From Thermoproteus tenax Kra 1 (GTDB lineage: Archaea > Thermoproteota > Thermoprotei > Thermoproteales > Thermoproteaceae): a DNA stretch of 32,000 nucleotides. Under the pieces are notes generated by a model. The model was not told where the DNA came from. It searched no databases and was given only the letters and a program-made list of their open reading frames with translations. The stretch covers positions 60,001 to 92,000 of the forward strand of contig NC_016070.1 in assembly GCF_000253055.1 (NCBI RefSeq), read 5' to 3'. Shown here piece by piece: positions 8,437 to 17,597 of the stretch (positions within the stretch are counted from its first letter, which is position 1; every line of letters starts with the position of its first letter). The translations under genes were made by a program, and so were the position numbers.

Positions 8437-8934
8437 TTAGTGGTACGTTTCACTTCTAATCAAAAGGAGAGGTCTCCATCTTTCCTCTAGCTCTTTCTCC
8501 CACCAGGCGGATAGGTCCCTCCCGAGCTTCTCAACTATATACCCAGGGGCCTCCACTCTGCTCGGCTTGTCTTTACCTACGATTATGAGGCGCGAGTACA
8601 CGAGGCCGTTCTCTACCACAATCTTCCTCACGTTGGCCCGCTCGGCGAGCACGACCGCTTTGCCTAAACAGTGCGAGACTAGCTTCTCGTCGCTTATCGT
8701 GTACGTCCTCAGAAAGCCACATGTGAGCTCGAAGAGCCCCGCAAAGATCGCTACAGCTATCGCGATGCCTATGGCAGCACAGATGGGCTCCGGCCGGCCC
8801 AATAGAAAGGCCGTGAGCGCTATGAGCGCTCCCAGTGCGGTGGCCACCGCGTAGTAGTCGGGAAATCTATACGTCTTCTCCACACTCTCAAAACTGTGGC
8901 GAAAATAACTCTTTCCGTCACTCGTCCTCAACAA
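8437..8934 (-). CDS. Small membrane protein of unknown function, two adjacent hydrophobic segments then a soluble domain
   Basis: 165-aa ORF in a same-strand cluster. The true start may be the in-frame GTG before EKTYRFPDYY. Confidence 0.65.
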   Translation of the reverse strand: MLRTSDGKSYFRHSFESVEKTYRFPDYYAVATALGALIALTAFLLGRPEPICAAIGIAIAVAIFAGLFELTCGFLRTYTISDEKLVSHCLGKAVVLAERANVRKIVVENGLVYSRLIIVGKDKPSRVEAPGYIVEKLGRDLSAWWEKELEERWRPLLLIRSETYH

Positions 8935-9086
8935 TTACAGCCTCCGCCGCTAGAGCCGGCCAACAGTTTGTTCTCCTCTGCAAGCTTCCTCCAACAGTCT
9001 GGACAAAGGAGCACAGCGCCTACTCCCTTGACGTATCCCTCCAAGAGCGCTGTATCGCCCCTCCCGCACAAATAGCATTTATACAC
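8928..9086 (-). CDS. 52-aa CxxC...CxxC putative zinc-binding protein, absent from the supplied ORF track
   Basis: Minus-strand GTG start: VYKCYLCGRGDTALLEGYVKGVGAVLLCPDCWRKLAEENKLLAGSSGGGCNC*. It starts 12 nt after the stop of the glycosyltransferase gene. Confidence 0.72.
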   Translation of the reverse strand: MYKCYLCGRGDTALLEGYVKGVGAVLLCPDCWRKLAEENKLLAGSSGGGCNC

Positions 9087-9098
9087 TGGAAAAACGAG

Positions 9099-10256
9099 CT
9101 ACTCCGTTTTAAATTGATCGGCCAGTGCGCGTTTTGCACCTTGCGCTCTCCGCCTCTCCTCGAGGGAGACTACGCCGAATACGACGGCCGAGGCCACATA
9201 GACGTCGACTATAGGGCTGAAGTCCGCCACATAGAAGCTGAACAACGTCGTGTTGCCTGAGAGATAGACGGCGAGGAGCCCCGCCCACATAGCCCAGGCG
9301 AACGCCGTAGCTGTAGCCAGTTTTGCGTTGCGCCGTATCAAGGGCAACGGCGTGAGCGCTATCCACATGAGCATCACCGCCACGTTGGTCCGCGCGTAGA
9401 GGCCTTCTCCTAGATAGAACGGGTGCACGTTGAGGAACCAGTCCCACGGAGTTGAGATCTGGCTCTCCGCCCCTCCAGCTATGTGGCCTGAGGTTATATC
9501 CCAGCCGAGCATGTGGAGGAAGGAGCTCTGTAGCCACTGCACAAGGCCTCCGTAGTATATTATCAAGGGCATCGACAGGGCGAGGTATACAGACGCGGGA
9601 ATCAAGAGCCCGTAGGCCACGCGTTTGACGGGCCTCTCCTCCAATTCGCCGATATAGTAGAGGTATGGAATAACGAGGGGAAACGTCGTCTCCTTGGCGG
9701 CGAAGGCCAGCCCGAGGGCCACCGACGAGGCGAACTTTCTGCCTGAAACGAGAAAATAAAGGGCCAGTAGCGCGAAAAAGCCGGCGTATGCGTCCAACAT
9801 AGCTATGCCGTGTAGGGCCCAGAACGTGGGATCCGTCGCCAATAAGAGCGCGGAGAGCACTCCGGCGAGCGCCGCTGCATCGTCGCCCTCTTCTCTCAAG
9901 AGTGCGCGGCCCGTCAGGAAGGCCGCGACCAGCGCAGCCCCGCCCAGTATCCATCCGGGAAGCCTCCAGGCGACTGGCTCGTACCCCAACGCCAGTATAG
10001 AGATGGCCATCAGATACTTTGCGAGGGGCGGATGCTCAGGGTTCAGATATGTCTCTATCCCGCTGGCGTTGGGATATGGAAAACCTTGAGTGACGTTGGC
10101 ATGGAAGACGTACCTCAGTATATTGAGCGAGGCAGGCGCATACCAGCTTTCGTCCGAGATGTACATCTGGAATTTAGAGAACTCCGTTGCTGTGTAGTAC
10201 ACGTAGACTGCGACTATCAGGGCCAAAACTACAAGCGACAACACGACGGCCCGCAT
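9099..10256 (-). CDS. Polyprenyl-phosphate-dependent glycosyltransferase-like membrane protein (PMT/ArnT-type)
   Basis: 385-aa polytopic ORF with early acidic DESWY motif, NPEHPPLAKY, and repeated hydrophobic segments. Confidence 0.75.
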   Translation of the reverse strand: MRAVVLSLVVLALIVAVYVYYTATEFSKFQMYISDESWYAPASLNILRYVFHANVTQGFPYPNASGIETYLNPEHPPLAKYLMAISILALGYEPVAWRLPGWILGGAALVAAFLTGRALLREEGDDAAALAGVLSALLLATDPTFWALHGIAMLDAYAGFFALLALYFLVSGRKFASSVALGLAFAAKETTFPLVIPYLYYIGELEERPVKRVAYGLLIPASVYLALSMPLIIYYGGLVQWLQSSFLHMLGWDITSGHIAGGAESQISTPWDWFLNVHPFYLGEGLYARTNVAVMLMWIALTPLPLIRRNAKLATATAFAWAMWAGLLAVYLSGNTTLFSFYVADFSPIVDVYVASAVVFGVVSLEERRRAQGAKRALADQFKTE

Positions 10257-10348
10257 GAAGGAGAAGCTGGCCAGACCATTAAAAGTATAGCACCTCTATC
10301 ACTTAATTAACTCTATTCCATCAAAAGATGGAATAAAAAATTGCATCT

Positions 10349-12847
10349 TTGGGACAAGATAAAAAATATCACATAGCAGATCGTGTGTTAAATGAAAAAA
10401 TTAGTCGGCGCGATCTAGTGAAAATTGGCGTCACGATAGGTCTATTGACGAGCCCAAGCCTCGCAATATGGAGGACGATGTCCCAAGCGCTATCATCAAA
10501 CGGCGGTCAAGTTCCAGTTATCCAAAGGACGCCCATTTATTGCGGGGCTTGTGGATCAAAGTGCGGTTTGTACTTTGTTAGAACAGAGAACTCTATGTAC
10601 ATAGAGCCCAACCCGAACCATCCACAACCGGGTATGTGCGCCCGACCGGCATCGGCGTTGCAAATATGGAGCCACCCGTTGAGGTTAAGAAAGCCTCTCA
10701 AGAGGGTGGGAAAAAGAGGGGAGGGGAAGTTTGAAGAGATAGACTGGGACACGGCGCTCAATGAGGTCGCAACAAAGCTCAAGGAGATCGCCGACAAGTA
10801 CGGCCCTGAGTCTATCGCGTTTACAAGACACGACCACATGTCATGGCACTTGCCGCTGATAGCCGCCCTAATAGGCACTCCCAACGTCATAGGTCAGGAG
10901 GAGACATGCCACGGCGCCTCAACTGCGGCAAGGCTCGCCGTACTAGGCGCCGGAGGTCCTCCGAGCGTTGATCCCGACTACAAGAACCTCAGCTACCTCA
11001 TCTTGGTCGGACGCAATCTGGACGCAGCCATGGGGTCTGTCAGATTATTGTCTATAGCGAGGGAGGCAGGCGCTAAGATAGTTGTAATAGACCCTAGGGC
11101 CCCCAATCTGGCTTTCTCGTCTGTGGAGTGGATACCTATATTGCCGGGGACTGACACAGCGCTACTGCTGTCTATGGCTTACGTGATAATAAACGAAGGC
11201 CTCTACGATGAACAGTTTCTGAAGAGGTATACTAATGCGCCCATGCTGATAAAACAGGACGGATCTCCGTTAACGCAGAGCGATTTGGGTCAACAAGGCG
11301 GTGCTTATATGGTATATGACTCCGCCTCCAACGAGGTGAAGCCGCTAGGAGCGGCGGCAGACCCCTCACTTATGTACGAGGGAGATATTCAAACTCAGTC
11401 AGGCCCAGTACACGTGAAGACCGTGTTTAGGTTGTTGATCGAGAGAGTCTCTAAATATGAGCCAAGAAAGGCCGCCGAAATCACTGGCGTGCCGCCCGAT
11501 ACAATTATAAGATTGGCGAGGGAATTTGCCACAAGGCGCGGAGTTATTGAGGACGGTTGGTACTCAGCGAGGAACGGAAACGATTTCGATATGTATAGAG
11601 CCATTCTGATACTCAATACATTAATTGGGAATATAGATAGGAGGGGAGGACTCTGTTTTCAGGAGCCGGCTAAATTCCCTAACTCCTGCACAGTGGGGCC
11701 TACTAAGATAGACACGATCCTGGGCGTATCGCTACCTCCTGTGAAATCTAAGAGGGTGGATCTGCTCAAATATCCGTTGGCCGTGAGCGCGTTCGACGCC
11801 TTGCTAGATGCTGCAATCACCGGTAGTCCATACCCGATTAAGGCGTTAATCATCGTGGGCACTGCGCCGTTCCACCGCGACGTCAATACGGAGAAGCTGA
11901 AGAGAGCGCTTGAAGCCCTAGACCTTGTCGTCACAATCGATATACTGCCGCAAGATCACGTTGATTGGTCAGACTACGTGTTCCCCGACTTGATGTTCTT
12001 GGAGAGAAGCGAGATATCGTCAGCGCCCTGGACGCTCGATGCTGCCGTGATCTTCTCCAACAAAGTACTGGATCCTCCTCCGGGAGTTGACGCACGCCAT
12101 GCATTCTGGATCTTATTAGAACTAGTGAGAAGGGCATGGCCTGATAAGGCCGCTCTAATAGGATACACTGAAAAATATTCAGATTACTCATTATTTGAGC
12201 AGTATGAAGAACTTATATTATATAAAATACTTGACTATTTATCTAGAGCATGGAATATATCAAAGGAATCGTTGGAGAAAGAACTCAGAGAAAAGGGATA
12301 CTACGTCCTCAAGAGGAAGAGCTATGAGGTAAAGCCGTATAAGGCCAGGCTGGCCACCCCCACGGGCCTGGTCGAGATATATTCTCTTGTCGCCTTAAAG
12401 CACGGCCTCGATCCATTACCAGATTGGAGACCACCGCCCGGCTATAGCGCCCCCAAGGAGCCCAATGAGTTCTACTTGATAACTGGGAAGGATCAAACGG
12501 TATCCGGCCACTTTGTGTTCACCTGGAACTCGAAGTATCTAACGGAGAGATGTGTCTGGATGAATCCGTCTGACGCTGAGCGTTTAGGTGTGAAAGACGG
12601 CGACGTTATAGTCATCGAGGGGGTCGACAACGGGTTCTCAGCCAAGACGTGCATCAGGGTCACAAACAGAGTTAGGCCGGGAGTGTTGTTTTCCTACGCC
12701 TTCGCTGGCGGCCATGTCTCAGCTCTGATACAGCCCCCATACGACTTCTTGAGGCTCGGAGTTAATCCACAGTGGTTCACAAAAGGGTATGTGGCGCCCG
12801 TAGTGGGCGCCGGGGCAACAAACTCGGTGGTCAGAGTGAGGATATGA
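10349..12847 (+). CDS. Tat-exported molybdopterin oxidoreductase, catalytic subunit (polysulfide/thiosulfate/sulfur reductase-like)
   Basis: Twin-arginine signal SRRDLVKIG, 4Fe-4S motif CGACGSKC...C, and EETCHGAST consistent with a Cys molybdenum ligand. Substrate not proven. Confidence 0.87.
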   Translation: MGQDKKYHIADRVLNEKISRRDLVKIGVTIGLLTSPSLAIWRTMSQALSSNGGQVPVIQRTPIYCGACGSKCGLYFVRTENSMYIEPNPNHPQPGMCARPASALQIWSHPLRLRKPLKRVGKRGEGKFEEIDWDTALNEVATKLKEIADKYGPESIAFTRHDHMSWHLPLIAALIGTPNVIGQEETCHGASTAARLAVLGAGGPPSVDPDYKNLSYLILVGRNLDAAMGSVRLLSIAREAGAKIVVIDPRAPNLAFSSVEWIPILPGTDTALLLSMAYVIINEGLYDEQFLKRYTNAPMLIKQDGSPLTQSDLGQQGGAYMVYDSASNEVKPLGAAADPSLMYEGDIQTQSGPVHVKTVFRLLIERVSKYEPRKAAEITGVPPDTIIRLAREFATRRGVIEDGWYSARNGNDFDMYRAILILNTLIGNIDRRGGLCFQEPAKFPNSCTVGPTKIDTILGVSLPPVKSKRVDLLKYPLAVSAFDALLDAAITGSPYPIKALIIVGTAPFHRDVNTEKLKRALEALDLVVTIDILPQDHVDWSDYVFPDLMFLERSEISSAPWTLDAAVIFSNKVLDPPPGVDARHAFWILLELVRRAWPDKAALIGYTEKYSDYSLFEQYEELILYKILDYLSRAWNISKESLEKELREKGYYVLKRKSYEVKPYKARLATPTGLVEIYSLVALKHGLDPLPDWRPPPGYSAPKEPNEFYLITGKDQTVSGHFVFTWNSKYLTERCVWMNPSDAERLGVKDGDVIVIEGVDNGFSAKTCIRVTNRVRPGVLFSYAFAGGHVSALIQPPYDFLRLGVNPQWFTKGYVAPVVGAGATNSVVRVRI

Positions 12848-13410
12848 CGCGCCTGGCCTTTCTCTGGGATCAATCGAGGTGTATATCATGTGGCGCATGT
12901 ATTGCCGCGTGTAACGCCGGCAACTACAAGTCTTCTACGTCGTCTAATATATCGTGGAACTGGATAAGGACAAACATCAAGAGGATAGAGCTGGATAGAT
13001 CTATAAGGCCCATGGTACTTTTGGTACAGTGTCAACAATGCGAAAATCCTCCTTGTGTGACCGTATGTCCCACGGGGGCCTCCTATAAAGATTCCGAAGG
13101 CCTCGTCAAGATAAATTACAGACTATGCATAGGGTGTAGATACTGCATGGTGGCTTGTCCCTATCAGGCGAGATGGTTCGATGAGGAGGTATGGGCGCCC
13201 GTCAAGTGCATGGGCGAGGAATGCTTGGAGAGGATATCCAGAGGAGAGAGACCTATATGTGTGGCAGTATGTCCGGCTAACGCGAGGGATTTCGGGGACA
13301 TCGACGACCCCAATTCGAGCATCTCCAGGCGTTTGGCCGAGTCTAGGTATGTGAAGTTGTTAGAGAACGTGGGCACAGACCCTAAGTACTACGTTGTAGT
13401 GGGACCATGA
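12844..13410 (+). CDS. 4Fe-4S ferredoxin-type electron-transfer subunit of the molybdoenzyme complex
   Basis: Multiple cysteine clusters (CISCGACIAACNAG, CQQCENPPCVTVCP, CIGCRYCMVACP). ATG overlaps the upstream TGA (ATGA). The ORF-track start at 12772 is too early. Confidence 0.92.
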   Translation: MTRLAFLWDQSRCISCGACIAACNAGNYKSSTSSNISWNWIRTNIKRIELDRSIRPMVLLVQCQQCENPPCVTVCPTGASYKDSEGLVKINYRLCIGCRYCMVACPYQARWFDEEVWAPVKCMGEECLERISRGERPICVAVCPANARDFGDIDDPNSSISRRLAESRYVKLLENVGTDPKYYVVVGP

Positions 13411-14576
13411 GGAGGCCCTACCCAGCGCTGATAAGCATCGGCATAGCCGCGTTAGGCGCCTTGTTGATATCCATAGGATATATGGCTAGGTCCGTCGAGG
13501 AGATACCCTGGGGCCTCCTAGTGCCGGGATATGTTTATTTTGCTCTAATGGCCACCGGCTCCAGCATCGTTAATTCAATATACACAGTTTTTGGCTACAA
13601 GGGTCCAGACAACGAATTAGAGAGGATCATAAAGTTAGGGATATGGTTTTCGCTGATAACTATAGTCCCCGCGTGGATTATGATATTGTTAGATTTGAGG
13701 AATCCGCTCTCTGCCTTGAATATATTTATCCACTATAATAACGGCGGCATCACTCTATTCTTCCAGTACAAGTCGGGCATAACTTGGATGGCTACTCTGT
13801 ATATGTTATTCGCGCTGACTCTGATGATAGAACTTATTTATTTCATCAGAAGCGGAGTCTCCGAGAAGCTGAGACGGATGAAGGCCCTAGAGTTTGGCAT
13901 AGCATTAGCTGTATTAATAGTTACAGTAGTGCTTCATAGCAATCTGGGCCAAGTCTTTGGCAACGTCGTCGCAATACCTGGATGGTACGGCCCCCACATG
14001 GCGTTGTATTTCATAGCAAGCGCTATAGCTATCGGCGCAAGCGGCCAAGCTCTGTTCATAGGCTATTACGCGGGAGGGCTCGGAATAAGAGAGTTTGTAG
14101 CCAGATATTACGCAAGGATTTTGATGATAACGATACCTGTTCTAGCATTCATAAAGGGTTGGATGATCATAAACGCCTGGTATAATCCAGCATCGTGGCA
14201 AGCGTATAGATTAATCATCAACTCGCCCGACTTCTATATCTTCGAGCTAGCTCTGTTGCTTATAGCTCCATTTATCTTGGCGACTATGGCGTATTATAAG
14301 AAAGATCTAAAGCTGACACTGTCGGCAGCTCTATTAGTCGCCGTAGCCGGCTTCGTGGATAAGTACGATTTGATAATAAAACCACAGGAAGCCCCTCTGG
14401 CACTCAGCTTGGGCGCTTGGGCTCAATTGGGCTCTATCCACTATATCCCATCAATATCCCAGATAGAGATCGCCGCAGGCTCCGTCCTACTCTACTTGGC
14501 ACTTCTGATACTCGGGACTTTGATCCTGCCCCTCAAACCCGGCGAAAAGCCGAAGGCTCTGTATATATTTAAATAA
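13407..14576 (+). CDS. NrfD/PsrC-like membrane anchor subunit
   Basis: Polytopic 389-aa ORF, ATGA overlap with the Fe-S subunit, operonic position. Confidence 0.85.
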   Translation: MRRPYPALISIGIAALGALLISIGYMARSVEEIPWGLLVPGYVYFALMATGSSIVNSIYTVFGYKGPDNELERIIKLGIWFSLITIVPAWIMILLDLRNPLSALNIFIHYNNGGITLFFQYKSGITWMATLYMLFALTLMIELIYFIRSGVSEKLRRMKALEFGIALAVLIVTVVLHSNLGQVFGNVVAIPGWYGPHMALYFIASAIAIGASGQALFIGYYAGGLGIREFVARYYARILMITIPVLAFIKGWMIINAWYNPASWQAYRLIINSPDFYIFELALLLIAPFILATMAYYKKDLKLTLSAALLVAVAGFVDKYDLIIKPQEAPLALSLGAWAQLGSIHYIPSISQIEIAAGSVLLYLALLILGTLILPLKPGEKPKALYIFK

Positions 14577-14590
14577 GTATTTTTTACTTT

Positions 14591-15391
14591 GTGTTCAAAC
14601 ATCTAAAGGAGGAAAAAATAAGAGGAGCCTCTTGGTATCTAGAGGAAATATTGAAAATCATAGCGGAGCGTGGCGCATCAGAGGAGGTCCTGGAGGAGGC
14701 CAGAAGAATAAGGCCCGGCATGGCCTCCATCGATGTGGCAATACTAACTATAGAGGCCGCGGGCAGAAAGGGGCTCGATCTGAGGGAGGTCGCCAGGCGC
14801 CTTGCATTATACGTAAGAGAAGCTCAAACGAAGTTGGACGATGTAATATCGTCGTTTGGTATCGAGTGTCCGGCTACAATGATCACAGTCAGCTACTCCA
14901 GAGCGGTCTCCAGGTTTATCCAGATCAAGGCTGGGTGCATTAGGAGACTCTATATTCTGGAGTCGCGCCCCGGCGAAGAGGCGCGCGAGGCGCTCAAGGA
15001 CTACCGGAGACATGTGGAAGTCGTGCCGCTGCCCGACTCAGCTATGGGCTCGGTCGAGTTTGACTATGCCGTGGTGGGCCTCGATGGGTATTACGGCGAC
15101 GGCTACGCTTTTAATAAGGTAGGGACCCTGCCTCTGTTGGCAACCGCCAGAGAATTGGGCGCGCGGAGCGTAGCCGTCTTCGAGAGCTATAAGATGGCCC
15201 CAGTCAAGTCCCCCGAGCCGTACATTATTGAGGAGGAGGTCTTAGGCGAAAGAGTGAGGCTGCGTCTGTTTGATAAGTTCAGGGTAGGCCTATTGGACTT
15301 CGTCGTGACCGACATAGGGGTCTTTGGAAGGCCCAGCGGAAGCTTGGCAGAGACAGGCTGGAGGAGGCTCGCGTCCGCCCTTGGTCTATAG
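14591..15391 (+). CDS. eIF-2B alpha/beta/delta-like (sugar-phosphate isomerase-like fold) protein
   Basis: C-terminal DYAVVGLDGYYGDGYAFNKVGTLPLLATARELG...VAVFESYKMAP resembles eIF2B/MtnA/R15P isomerase family motifs. Confidence 0.65.
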   Translation: MFKHLKEEKIRGASWYLEEILKIIAERGASEEVLEEARRIRPGMASIDVAILTIEAAGRKGLDLREVARRLALYVREAQTKLDDVISSFGIECPATMITVSYSRAVSRFIQIKAGCIRRLYILESRPGEEAREALKDYRRHVEVVPLPDSAMGSVEFDYAVVGLDGYYGDGYAFNKVGTLPLLATARELGARSVAVFESYKMAPVKSPEPYIIEEEVLGERVRLRLFDKFRVGLLDFVVTDIGVFGRPSGSLAETGWRRLASALGL

Positions 15392-15482
15392 CCTATGTCT
15401 AGAGCGCCTGCGCGCCCGGCGGCCTTGGCTAAGGAAAGACGGCCGGACGTATGGATCTACAACCCAGCCGGATATGCTTCAG

Positions 15483-15673
15483 TTGAAAGGACATGGCGCC
15501 CTCGCTTTCAATCGCAGTGGAAGAACCCCTCATTTCAGAGTTCGTCGTCCTCTTCCGCGGGAGCGGCTCCAGCGGGAGAGGGGGAATGCCGCCGGCCCTC
15601 AAGGGCCCGATCCCCTCCGCGGCTGCCCTGACCGGATGGGCGCGGCCCCGAGCCCCGGGAATCGGGCAAGGAA
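15483..15673 (-). ncRNA. Candidate structured RNA of unknown identity
   Basis: Nested stems: 15606-15615/15657-15666 (10 bp, one G:U on minus), 15549-15553/15577-15581, 15555-15558/15572-15575, 15560-15563/15567-15570, 15594-15598/15603-15607, 15483-15489/15505-15511. TATA-like GTAATAAAG on minus at 15696-15704. Confidence 0.5.
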
Positions 15674-15722
15674 AGGGGGGCTGTGGCCGACAAAGCTTTA
15701 TTACTTGCATTAACCTCCCCCT

Positions 15723-16505
15723 GTGAGGATCACCATATTAGTCGATAATTACGTCACAGATCTGAGGTCGTTGAGGCTGGGGCTCAGGGCCGAGTGGGGC
15801 CTCTCCATGTATATACACGACTTGAAGATTCTGTACGACGCCGGCCTCTCCGGCGAGGTTCTTCTGCACAATATGAAGGCGTTGGGCATAGGCCCCGACG
15901 AGCCTGATGTGTTGGTGATAAGCCATAGGCACAGCGACCATACCGGCGGCGTGCCGGCGCTTCTTAGATCTAGGAAGAGGCCGATCACAGTGGTGGCGCA
16001 CAAGAACTTGTTCGCAAGGGCTTACGCGAAGGACAGCATAGGCGAGGTCGACATAAGCGCGCCGTTCGACGCCTCGTTTCTGGAGAGACATAACGCGAGG
16101 CTTGTGTTGATTGAGAGGCCCTACGAGATATCGAGCGGCGTCTATGCGTCGGGCGAGATTCCGAGGTCGTGGGGGCCCTCACACATTGGCGCCGTCTCCG
16201 ATCCGATCCCCGACGACATGGCCCTTTACATAAAGGATAAGGGGCTCGTGGCGCTTACAGGCTGCGGGCACGCCGGAGTGGAGAACATAGTCGAGTATGG
16301 ACTGAAGACGACCGGCGAGGGCTCCCTCCGCGCACTGATAGGCGGGCTCCACTTCATGGGGCTCAGTAGAGAGCGCGCAGAGGAGGCGACAAGATATATC
16401 GCCAGCAAGAGGCCGCAGAAGGTGGTCGGCACTCATTGCACGGGCATCCAGGGTATAGCGTTGTTGGCCGAAAAACTAGGCGATGCGGCGCAACAGGCGG
16501 AGTAG
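15723..16505 (+). CDS. Metallo-beta-lactamase-fold hydrolase (dihydropteroate-synthase-like MBL subfamily)
   Basis: SHRHSDHTGG motif, GCGHAG, and C-terminal GTHCTG. Confidence 0.87.
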   Translation: MRITILVDNYVTDLRSLRLGLRAEWGLSMYIHDLKILYDAGLSGEVLLHNMKALGIGPDEPDVLVISHRHSDHTGGVPALLRSRKRPITVVAHKNLFARAYAKDSIGEVDISAPFDASFLERHNARLVLIERPYEISSGVYASGEIPRSWGPSHIGAVSDPIPDDMALYIKDKGLVALTGCGHAGVENIVEYGLKTTGEGSLRALIGGLHFMGLSRERAEEATRYIASKRPQKVVGTHCTGIQGIALLAEKLGDAAQQAE

Positions 16506-16528
16506 GCATCGAGATCGCTCTCTAGCCG

Positions 16529-17596
16529 GTGGCGGTAGCTCTGAGAGCTAGATACGTCCTCTGGGACCTCGATCTAAAAGTTGTGGAAGACGGCATAGTT
16601 GAGATCGATGACGAGGGGAAGATAGTGGGCGTGGGCAAATACGCCGGAGAGCTGGCGCTCAACTTGGGCCACGTCGTGTTGATGCCCCAGTTGACCAACG
16701 CGCACCTACACCCTCTTGACGTCGTGATCGCGGATAGAGACGACTACTATATCGACGACTTAGTGGGGTGGCCTCACGGCATCAAGTACTGGGCTCTGAG
16801 AGAGGCCGTCCACAAAAGGAGACACCTAAGGCCTCTAGAGCATTTGGCCAAGAGGATAAAAAAGTACGGCATAGGATGCGTGGTGGCCTTCGCCGAATAC
16901 TCATGGAAGGACGTGGAGAGAGCCTTCTCTAAGTGGGGTATAGAGGCCATAGTATTCCAGGAGGGGCACGGCGATTTCCCCGAGGCGCCCTACGTACAGG
17001 TTGCCTCTCCTCTGGATCACGAGCCGGCATATTTGGCTCGCCTCAGAGAGCGCGCCCAGCTCGTAGCCACGCACGTCTCAGAGACCGAGGAGTGCCACAG
17101 GGAAGGCGACTTGGAGTTGGCGCTTGGCCCGCTGAACGCAGACGTGTTGGTTCACTTGGTCTACGCGGAGCCTGAGGAGATAGCCGCAATCCCGAGAGAT
17201 AAGACGGTGGTTGTGAACCCCAGAGCCAATGCATACTTAGTCGGAAGGCTCCCCAACTTGCCTGCCCTGCTCGAGCTGAAGCCCCTCCTGGGGACGGACA
17301 ACGTCTTCGTCAACGAACCCGACGTGTGGGCCGAGATAAAGTTCCTCCACGCCTACGCTAAAACTGTGGGCTGGCCCCTAGATGAGAAGGTTTTGATCAA
17401 GATGGCTACAATTTGGCCATGGGAGAAGCTCAAGTGCAATGCTCCGATACTGCCCGGCGTCAGGGCAAAGGCGCTGGCCGTCGAGCTGCCGTATCCCACC
17501 CACAACGTGTACAAGTTCTTGGCCAGAAGAGCAGGCCCTCAAGACGTGGCGGGCTTCATCGAGGGCAACGAGGTAAAGTTCCCCGACGAGCTCTAG
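16529..17596 (+). CDS. Amidohydrolase / cytosine-deaminase-like metallohydrolase
   Basis: NAHLHPLD, THVSETEECHREGD, LVHLVY and GTDN motifs in the expected order. Confidence 0.8.
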   Translation: MAVALRARYVLWDLDLKVVEDGIVEIDDEGKIVGVGKYAGELALNLGHVVLMPQLTNAHLHPLDVVIADRDDYYIDDLVGWPHGIKYWALREAVHKRRHLRPLEHLAKRIKKYGIGCVVAFAEYSWKDVERAFSKWGIEAIVFQEGHGDFPEAPYVQVASPLDHEPAYLARLRERAQLVATHVSETEECHREGDLELALGPLNADVLVHLVYAEPEEIAAIPRDKTVVVNPRANAYLVGRLPNLPALLELKPLLGTDNVFVNEPDVWAEIKFLHAYAKTVGWPLDEKVLIKMATIWPWEKLKCNAPILPGVRAKALAVELPYPTHNVYKFLARRAGPQDVAGFIEGNEVKFPDEL

Positions 17597-17597
17597 G

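Noticed and set aside
15505-15511. CTTTCAATC looked like the start of a crenarchaeal CRISPR repeat
   Set aside because: It occurs once, with no regular spacing and no second repeat unit nearby. No cas genes are in the window.
15395-15713. Three overlapping ORFs (15395..15631 +, 15429..15710 -, 15324..15713 +)
   Set aside because: Low-complexity Arg/Pro/Ser composition in several frames at once, no family motifs, and the region is better explained by stems of a structured RNA.
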